From: Planctomycetaceae bacterium
GTDB lineage: Bacteria; Planctomycetota; Planctomycetia; Pirellulales; UBA1268
Direction of reading: 5' to 3'
Length of the DNA: 64,000 nt
Assembly (NCBI GenBank): GCA_947453375.1
Contig: CANGGT010000001.1
Span: 11,381-75,380 of the forward strand
This document shows, piece after piece, positions 1-6,689 of this stretch (position 1 is the first letter of the stretch; each line of letters begins with the position of its first letter). The notes under the pieces are model-generated. The model was not told where the DNA came from. It saw nothing but the letters and a program-made list of their open reading frames with translations, and did not search any database. A program made the translations under genes and the position numbers.

Positions 1-683
1 GGGCGACTCGGACGGGGGAAGCGGGCGCGGAGATAGGCGGGGACGAGCGACGCGTAGCAGGCGGGCGCTCCGGGAAACGTCGGGGCGATGAGGCGCTCCG
101 GGAGGAATCGGCCCCGCGGCTCCGCCTCGATGGTGACGATTTTTTCGGCCGGGAGGGGAAGGGCCGCGAGGAGCCGACGGGCGTTCTCCGAGCAGGGCTT
201 GGGAACGAGGATCGTCGTCACCCCGTCGAGGTCGATCCCCGCCGCTTCGACGAGCGCCAGCCGAGCGAGGGCATCGAGGAGAAAATGGCAATAGTTGTCG
301 GAGGCGAAGTCGCTCAGCAGGCTGAGCGTCGTGCCGGGGAGGGGCGTCGCTTCGGTGTTGCAAAGCACATGATCCACGAACCGGGCGAAGCGCCCTTCGT
401 GGCAACCGGTCGCGTCGAAGCCGTGGCTGAACCACGTATGGTTGGCGAGGATGATTCCCTCGGCACCGATCAGCCAGCCCCACGGCCGGACGAGCGTAGC
501 GCCCTCGATCTCGAGGACGCCCAGTTCAGGGATGCGCGGCGCGAGAAACCTGCCGAAGTCGATCTGCAACGGCGTGCCCGGTCCGCCAGGAAGGGTTTTG
601 GGAATCGGCCAGTCGACCGTCATCGCGGGACGCGTCGGCCGCCACCGGGCTCCGAAGCGCCGCGCATAGTCGCCGCTGGCCAT
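1..683 (-). CDS. Glycosyltransferase, GT61/DUF563-like (partial; 3' end runs off the left window edge)
   Basis: My own translation of the minus strand from ATG 683-681 down to base 3 gives 227 codons with no stop (MASGDYARRFGARWRPT...WFSHGF...SDNYCHFLLDALARLALVEAAGIDL...PKPCSENARRLLAALP). It is a colinear paralogue of the GT61 module at 840-1973. It is absent from the ORF track because it has no stop inside the window. Confidence 0.75.
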   Translation of the reverse strand, partial: MASGDYARRFGARWRPTRPAMTVDWPIPKTLPGGPGTPLQIDFGRFLAPRIPELGVLEIEGATLVRPWGWLIGAEGIILANHTWFSHGFDATGCHEGRFARFVDHVLCNTEATPLPGTTLSLLSDFASDNYCHFLLDALARLALVEAAGIDLDGVTTILVPKPCSENARRLLAALPLPAEKIVTIEAEPRGRFLPERLIAPTFPGAPACYASLVPAYLRARFPRPSR

Positions 684-839
684 CCCCACGAGTCTGGGCA
701 CGACCGGGCTCCTCGACGGAGCGGCGGGTGGCGCCGGTGGGGTGGCTGGCGCTGGAGCGGGAGGCCGCCACCAATCGGCGAGCCTAGCGACGATCGCCCG
801 GGCCGCGGCGCGGAAGCTTCCTCGGGAATGCCGCACGCA

Positions 840-2531
840 TCAGCCCCCAGGGTGATCTCGAAGCACGTCCGCGAGCGCCCCGCGCAGGGCGTCAGGATCG
901 ACCCGAAAGGAGAACGGCCCGGGGCCGAGCCCGCTCGGCGGGTGATGCCCCGTGGCGCGGCACCGGCAGGGAAGGCAGGCCCAGTCGATCCCCATCCGGA
1001 CCGCGAGGGTGAAATAGTACGGACGGACATGGTCCATCGGCATGAACTCGAGGATCCGCGTGCCCGGCCGGCAGAAGACGAGGTTGGCAAGCCCTGCCCC
1101 ATGGGCCCCGACAACGACGCTTGCCGCAGCGAAGTCGGCGGGCTGGTCGTCGTGTTCGGCGGGGTTGTAGATGGAAAAGCCATGCTCCTCCATCAGCGCG
1201 ATCACCTCGGCACGATTCTCGAGGGTGCGACTCCCGTCCACCCGGTCGACATAGAGGCGGGTCGCCGGCGGCGTGGCCGGCGCTGCCCCGAGGACGTGCG
1301 ACCGGAGAAACTCGGCCGGCTCCGGGGCGTAGCAACAGGGCACGCCTGGATAGGTCGGCGCGAGGAGGCGCTCCGGCTGGAGCACCGCGACATCTCCCTC
1401 GTCGACCCAGACGATCTTCTCCGTCGGGATCGGAAGGGCGGCAAGGATCCGGCGGGCATTCTCCGAGCAGGGCTCGGGAACGAGGATTCTGTCGACGGCC
1501 GCCAGATCGATCCCCGCCGCCGCGACGAGCCCCAACCGACCGAGGGCATCGAGGAGGAAATGGGCGTAGTTGGTGGCGCCGAAGTCGGTGAGCAGGCTGA
1601 GGGTCGTGCCGGGAAGCGGCGACGTCGCGCGCTGGCTCGCTGCCCAAAGCCTTTCGAAATACGGCTTGTCGAGCTGTCGGGAAAACCAGGTGTGATCGCG
1701 GAGGAGGAGATCGTCGGCGCCGACGATCCATCCCCATGGCTCGACGAGCCTCGCCCCGTCGATCTCGATCACGCCAAGCGCCGGGATCCGGCTTTCGAGG
1801 AAGGCGCCGAAATCGATCTGCGCGGGGGTCTCCGGGCCGCCGGGATAGGTCAACGGCAGCGGCCACGCGATCGCTTCAGCGCCACGCGTCGGCCGCCAGA
1901 CGGCCCCGAACCGGGCAGCGTATTGCGCACTCCCGATCCCCACCGGACGGGCGGCCTCAGAGGAAGGCCTCATGGGGCGTTCCTGTCCGGCCCCCGCGTA
2001 GTCCCCACGATTCTCGTGCGGGAAGGGGACGTCGGGCACCGACTGCCCGAGGAACGCGCAGAGGAGATCCCACGACGGCGTCTCCTCCCAGCAGACTTCG
2101 AGGAGCCGGCCCGGCTTGTCGGCGAAGAAGGCGCGGACACGCTCGTTGTGAACGCGGTGGAGGTCGTCGATCGGCACGCCGGGGAGGAAGCGCTCGGCGA
2201 GTTGCCGGCCGAGTTCGATCCGCTCCGGGGGAATCGTCCGCATGTGGTTGTGGAAGCTCCGCCGCCAGGTGTCGTCGTCACGGCGGCGCGTGAGGACGAA
2301 GCGAGCGTCGGGATAGCGGGCGGCGAGGCGCTCGTAGAACCAAAACCAGGGGAAGTCTTCGAAGCTGTCGAAATCGCCGGTGGCGGCGATCACGGCGTCA
2401 GGGTCGCCGACGGCGGCCGGAACGAGGTCGTCGCGGATCGAGCAGTTGCGGTAGCCGAGCTCGCGGAAGCAACGCCCCAAGGTCTTCGTGCCCGACTTGG
2501 CGATCCCCACCCCGAACACCTTCGGCCGCAC
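840..2531 (-). CDS. Sulfotransferase-like domain fused to GT61/DUF563 glycosyltransferase
   Basis: This is the 3' 563 codons of track ORF 840..4193(-); the upstream part of that ORF is Arg-rich junk. The N-terminal ~185 aa carry a PAPS-loop-like KVFGVGIAKSGTKTLG. The C-terminal 377 aa are GT61-like (NYAHFLLDALGRL, VVGAHGAGLANLVF). No stop separates the modules. Start set at GTG 2531 (GGAGAG 10 nt upstream). An internal ATG at 1973 (AGGA upstream) could also initiate the GT61 part alone. Confidence 0.7.
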   Translation of the reverse strand: MRPKVFGVGIAKSGTKTLGRCFRELGYRNCSIRDDLVPAAVGDPDAVIAATGDFDSFEDFPWFWFYERLAARYPDARFVLTRRRDDDTWRRSFHNHMRTIPPERIELGRQLAERFLPGVPIDDLHRVHNERVRAFFADKPGRLLEVCWEETPSWDLLCAFLGQSVPDVPFPHENRGDYAGAGQERPMRPSSEAARPVGIGSAQYAARFGAVWRPTRGAEAIAWPLPLTYPGGPETPAQIDFGAFLESRIPALGVIEIDGARLVEPWGWIVGADDLLLRDHTWFSRQLDKPYFERLWAASQRATSPLPGTTLSLLTDFGATNYAHFLLDALGRLGLVAAAGIDLAAVDRILVPEPCSENARRILAALPIPTEKIVWVDEGDVAVLQPERLLAPTYPGVPCCYAPEPAEFLRSHVLGAAPATPPATRLYVDRVDGSRTLENRAEVIALMEEHGFSIYNPAEHDDQPADFAAASVVVGAHGAGLANLVFCRPGTRILEFMPMDHVRPYYFTLAVRMGIDWACLPCRCRATGHHPPSGLGPGPFSFRVDPDALRGALADVLRDHPGG

Positions 2532-2744
2532 GATGCCCCGGCTCTCCGATGACGCGCCAGATCCCGCGTCGGGACCGGCGCCGGAAAACAACCCAACGAG
2601 GGCTTTGAGGAACTGGAAGGACAAGAGAGCGGGCTCCGGCAGCGGGGGACGAGACCGGGAGGTATCCTGCGACACGACGAATCGCCATGATACCGCTGGC
2701 GGGCCAAGAGACTGCCGAGAGAAACCACACCCGGGAGTGGGCTG

Positions 2745-3374
2745 ATGCCGGCCAAGCGTCTGGTGATGATCATGGGCTTCCAGCGATCCGGGACGACGGC
2801 GCTGTTCGACACCCTCGCGTCGGCGCCGGGGGTTTCGCCGCGTCATGAGCATGCCGACGACGACCTCTACGACGACTACTTCCTCCGCCCCGAGCCCCAG
2901 ATCCGCCCGGTCCTCGCGGCCCTTCCCGGGACGGTGCTCCTCAAGCCGGTGCGGGAGAGCCGGCGCCGGTCCCCCCTCGAGGTTGCGGAGGAGTACCGCG
3001 ACTACGATCTCACCGTGATCTGGCTCTACCGCGATCCGGTGAATGTCTACCAGTCGTGGCTGGAGAAGCAGTGGGTGACCAACCCCGAGGGGATCGGCCA
3101 GCACTGGGTGTCGCGCAACAAGAAGTGCCTCGCTTCCCGGGCCGCCCTCGGCGACACGCTGCTCATCGTTCGCTACGAGGATCTCGTCGCCTCTCCGGCA
3201 TCTGTCACGGCGCTCGCCAGGCGCCTCGGACTCACGGTCGAGTCGACGCTCCGAGCCGATAGCAACGCCGGCCGCGCCCGTGTCGCGGCGATCGATCAAC
3301 AGGCAATTGACGCCGTGACCCGCGTGACGCTCGGGAGACTCGACGACGCCCGCTCGATCCGGCCGCCGGCGTGA
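2745..3374 (+). CDS. Sulfotransferase family protein
   Basis: 209-aa track ORF. It has an N-terminal P-loop of sulfotransferase type (LVMIMGFQRSGTTALF) and a later VRYEDLV block. Codon usage is GC3-rich. It is convergent with 3395-4351. Confidence 0.8.
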   Translation: MPAKRLVMIMGFQRSGTTALFDTLASAPGVSPRHEHADDDLYDDYFLRPEPQIRPVLAALPGTVLLKPVRESRRRSPLEVAEEYRDYDLTVIWLYRDPVNVYQSWLEKQWVTNPEGIGQHWVSRNKKCLASRAALGDTLLIVRYEDLVASPASVTALARRLGLTVESTLRADSNAGRARVAAIDQQAIDAVTRVTLGRLDDARSIRPPA

Positions 3375-3394
3375 TTGACTCGGGCAAGCAGGTG

Positions 3395-4351
3395 TCAGCC
3401 GGCGGGAGCCGGTGAGCCACCCTCCGGGCGACTGAGGAGGATGCTCGCGAGGACGACGAGGGGCTGCGGATCGACCCCGGCCGCGGCGAGGGGCGCAAGC
3501 GCCGCCCCCGCGCGGGCGAGGTGCGCTTCGATCCGCGCGGCGGCAGCGCCGCGCCCCGCGGCGGCCACGAGCGTGGGGCGGCCACTCGCCTCGTCGTCGC
3601 TCCAGGTTGCCGCCCGCTCGTCCTCGGCATCGTCGTCGAGATCGTCGCGAATCTGATAGGCGATCCCGACGGCCTCGCCGAAGGCCTCGAGCGCCAAAGC
3701 GAGCCCCGACGGCGCCGCCTGCCGGCAAGGGAGCCAGGCTGGCACCTCGGCGGCGAGCGCGAAGAGTCGGCCGCACTTGAGCCGCGCCACCTCCTCGGGA
3801 TCGACCTCCGCCCGGCCGAGGCTTCCCGCGAGATCGAGGAACTGCCCGAGATGGAGCGCGTCTTCGGTCTGTTGCTGAAGCGTCGCCACGCGGGCGGCGG
3901 CGCCGACGGGATCGACGGCGTGCGGTGCCGAACCGGCTTTGGCGGCGGCCCGGGCCAGCAGCGAGCGGGAGATCCCGAGCAGCCAGAGCGCTGCCTGGAT
4001 GGCGAGGGCCTCGTTGAAGCGCCGGTGCATCGCCGGTCGCCCGCGGCGCTTCTCGGCGTCGTCCATGCAGGGGAGATCGTCGACCGAGAGCGTGGCGCAG
4101 TGGAGCGCCTCGACGGCACACGCCGCCAGGAGACACGCCTCGGGGTCGGCCCCGACGACGCTCCCCGTCTCGAGGACGAGCACCGCCCGCCACCGGCTCG
4201 CCGGCGCCGTCGTCGATCCGTAGCGGATGGCATCCCGCAGCGGCGCGGGGATCGCAGCCGCATCGATCTCGGCGTCGAGTTGCTCGCGAACCTGCCGCCG
4301 CCAGGCGTCGATCCGGGTGCCGAGGGCATCGGAGGATGGAGGGATGGGCAT
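3395..4351 (-). CDS. trans-Polyprenyl diphosphate synthase (GGPP/FPP synthase family)
   Basis: 318-aa track ORF starting at ATG 4351. Both aspartate-rich motifs are present: DDLPCMDDAEKRRGRP (FARM) and YQIRDDLDD (SARM). Confidence 0.9.
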   Translation of the reverse strand: MPIPPSSDALGTRIDAWRRQVREQLDAEIDAAAIPAPLRDAIRYGSTTAPASRWRAVLVLETGSVVGADPEACLLAACAVEALHCATLSVDDLPCMDDAEKRRGRPAMHRRFNEALAIQAALWLLGISRSLLARAAAKAGSAPHAVDPVGAAARVATLQQQTEDALHLGQFLDLAGSLGRAEVDPEEVARLKCGRLFALAAEVPAWLPCRQAAPSGLALALEAFGEAVGIAYQIRDDLDDDAEDERAATWSDDEASGRPTLVAAAGRGAAAARIEAHLARAGAALAPLAAAGVDPQPLVVLASILLSRPEGGSPAPAG

Positions 4352-4563
4352 GGGCGAACCTGTGCGTGCCTTCGCCCTCGGGCTCCCTGGATGGGCGGAT
4401 CGTCAGATGGGCGGATCGTCAAAGGGCCTTTCGAGCGTTAGTCTACCGCCATCCGCCGCGCAGGAAGCCGCCCCGTATCGCCGCTCCCCCATCGGGATGG
4501 CTGGCTCGGCGGAGGCCCCGCCAGCATCGCGCCCCCGGTGTGCGGTGGTCAGAGGTCAACGCG

Positions 4564-5646
4564 ATGCCATCCGCGCCGAACGAAGCCGAACTTTCCCCTT
4601 CCATCCGCGCCGGCGTCGACTTCCTCGAGCGGAGCCAACTCCCTTCGGGGCAGTTTCCCGTCCAACGGACGCGGCGCAACCGCCCCGGCTGGCCGGTGGA
4701 AGAGGATCATTCGCCGTTCGCCACGGCGTATGTTCTCCACGCCGTGGCGTCGATCCCCCACCCCGCCGTGGCGGCAATGACGGCGCGGGGGGTCGAGTAT
4801 TTCCTCCGGGAGATGGACGGCCACGGCCTGTGGCGCTACTGGAACAAGGGATCGGTGCAGAGCGGACGGAAGGCCCATCCCTTCATCCCCGCCGATCTCG
4901 ACGACATGGCCTGCATCTCGGCGATGCTCCGGCGGGAGGGCATCTCGTTCCCCGACAACCGCCCCCTCATGCTCCACAACCGCGATCGCCACGGGCGCTT
5001 CTACACCTACCAGATCCTCCGCGCCGTCCCCACGCTCGATCCGGTCTACTGGTGGGCGATGCTCCGCGACCTCACCTGGCAGCGCTGGATCGTCTACTGG
5101 CGGTCGCAACCGACCACCTATGACGATGTCAGCGGCGTCGTCAACGCCAACGTGATCTGGTATCTGGGGAATCGTCCGGAAACACGAGGGGCCATCGACT
5201 GGCTGATCCGGGTCGTGGAGGCCGGCGCGGAGTCGGACTGCGACACCTATTACCACGACCCCTTTCCGCTCTGGCACGCGATCTCGCGTGGCTACGCCGC
5301 CGGCGTGACGCGCTTCGCGACGATCCGCGACACGATCCGCTCCCGGATCGAGTCCTATCTCCTCCCCAACGGCTCGATCGCGGCGCCCGACATGCACACG
5401 GCCCTGGCGATGTCGGCGCTCATGAACTTCGGCCTCGAATCTCCCTTCCTCCCCGCCGGCAGAGCGTGGCTCGAGGGAAAGCAGGCGACCGATGGTGGAT
5501 GGGATGCCTTTCCGATGTACTTCGGAGCGCGCCTCAAGCAAAACAGCTGGGCCTCCCGCGCCCTGACGACGGGCTTGTGCCTCGAGGCGATCCAGCGCCA
5601 CAGCGACCGGGCGCGACGAGCGACGGAGGTTGGTTCGTGCGCCTGA
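4564..5646 (+). CDS. Small class II terpene cyclase-like protein (alpha/alpha-toroid, prenyltransferase/squalene-cyclase repeat)
   Basis: Start moved to ATG 4564 inside track ORF 4336..5646, because the upstream 76 codons are Arg/Pro junk. DLDDMA at 4894-4911 resembles the DxDD(T)A protonation motif. A QW-type repeat KQATDGGW lies at 5479-5502. The product is 360 aa. Confidence 0.7.
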   Translation: MPSAPNEAELSPSIRAGVDFLERSQLPSGQFPVQRTRRNRPGWPVEEDHSPFATAYVLHAVASIPHPAVAAMTARGVEYFLREMDGHGLWRYWNKGSVQSGRKAHPFIPADLDDMACISAMLRREGISFPDNRPLMLHNRDRHGRFYTYQILRAVPTLDPVYWWAMLRDLTWQRWIVYWRSQPTTYDDVSGVVNANVIWYLGNRPETRGAIDWLIRVVEAGAESDCDTYYHDPFPLWHAISRGYAAGVTRFATIRDTIRSRIESYLLPNGSIAAPDMHTALAMSALMNFGLESPFLPAGRAWLEGKQATDGGWDAFPMYFGARLKQNSWASRALTTGLCLEAIQRHSDRARRATEVGSCA

Positions 5647-6689
5647 AGAGCATCCTCCGCGCTCACCGCTGGTGGGACACGCAACTCCCGGTGATGATGG
5701 CGCCGGTGTATCACGTCCTGGCGGAGGCCGAGCCGGCCCCTGCCGTGACGACAACGCTCGGCACCCTCCTCCTGTTCCTCGTCGCCTCGGTAGGGATCGC
5801 CGGCTTCGGCCATCTCTTCAACGATCTGTTCGACGTCGAGCAGGACGTGGAGAGCGGCGCGGCGAATCTCGTCGCCGGCCGCCGGCCGCTGCGCTTGGCG
5901 GCCACGTTCGTCGTCGTGCTCATCCTCGCCTGGGTGCCGTGGCTTTGGCTGCCGACGACCCCGGCGGTCTGGGCCCTCCTTGGCCTCGAGTTCGCCCTCT
6001 TCATCCTCTACAGCATGCCGGGATCGCGGCTCAAGGAGCGCGGCATCCTCGGACCGATCGCCGACGCCCTCTACTCCTGGACGATCTCGACGGCCGTGGC
6101 GCTCCTCGTCTTCGCCCGGCTCGGCGCCGTCTCGGTGCCGGCTTGGGCTTCGGCGCTCCTCGCCGCTTGGGCGTTCGTCCTCGGCCTGCGCCACATCCTC
6201 ACCCACCAGATCGAGGATGCCGGCCGGGATCAGGCAGCGGGGATGACGACCTTCGTGACGCGGCACGGTTGGCTGCCGACGTTTCAGATCCTCGAGCGCA
6301 TTCTCCTCCCGGTGGAGATGCTCCTCTTCCTGGCGATCCTCCTCGTGATCGGGATCGATGCCCCGATCGTGCCGATCGGTTTCCTCCTCTGGACGGGCCT
6401 CGTGGTGGCGCGCGAGCGGGATCGAGCGGTGGCGTGGCCTGCGACGGCGGCAGGCACACCGGCGATCCACCGGCTGTTCTTCCTCAACATCACGCTCCTC
6501 CAGCGCTTCTACACGCTCTGGTTTCCCCTCCTCACGCTCGTTCTCCTCGTCGTCCGGCATCCCACCTATCTCGGCCTCGCGATCCTCCACCTCGTCCTGT
6601 TCGAAAACGGCCTGGCGGTCTTCTTCCGCACCGATCTCCCCGACGTCCTCCGCCGGCTCCGCGCCGCCCCGCGACGAGGCTCGGCATGA
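5637..6689 (+). CDS. UbiA-family prenyltransferase (integral membrane)
   Basis: Lies within track ORF 5466..6689. Start set at GTG 5637 (GGAGG at 5625-5629), overlapping the stop of the previous gene by 10 nt. NDLFDVEQD (5820-5846) is the first Asp-rich motif and HQIEDAGRDQAAGMTT the second. There are multiple hydrophobic spans. Confidence 0.85.
   Translation: MRLKSILRAHRWWDTQLPVMMAPVYHVLAEAEPAPAVTTTLGTLLLFLVASVGIAGFGHLFNDLFDVEQDVESGAANLVAGRRPLRLAATFVVVLILAWVPWLWLPTTPAVWALLGLEFALFILYSMPGSRLKERGILGPIADALYSWTISTAVALLVFARLGAVSVPAWASALLAAWAFVLGLRHILTHQIEDAGRDQAAGMTTFVTRHGWLPTFQILERILLPVEMLLFLAILLVIGIDAPIVPIGFLLWTGLVVARERDRAVAWPATAAGTPAIHRLFFLNITLLQRFYTLWFPLLTLVLLVVRHPTYLGLAILHLVLFENGLAVFFRTDLPDVLRRLRAAPRRGSA

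Noticed and set aside
285-2552. 755-aa plus-strand ORF covering the first 2.5 kb.
   Set aside because: It is the antisense shadow of the GT61 and sulfotransferase-GT61 genes. It is extremely Arg/Gly/Pro/Glu-rich and has no recognisable motif. The opposite strand carries clear family motifs.
2532-4193. Upstream 554 codons of the 1117-aa minus-strand ORF 840..4193.
   Set aside because: The sequence is Arg-rich low-complexity (RRRGRPRG..., RSRRRRRPRG...). It overlaps the well-supported plus-strand sulfotransferase (2745-3374) and the polyprenyl synthase, which lies in a different minus-strand frame. The coding call was truncated to 840-2531.
5630-6685. N-terminal 352 codons of the 1203-aa ORF 5630..9241.
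   Set aside because: This stretch is out of frame over the UbiA gene and is Arg/Pro-rich. The GT4 homology begins exactly at ATG 6686, which forms an ATGA overlap with the UbiA stop.
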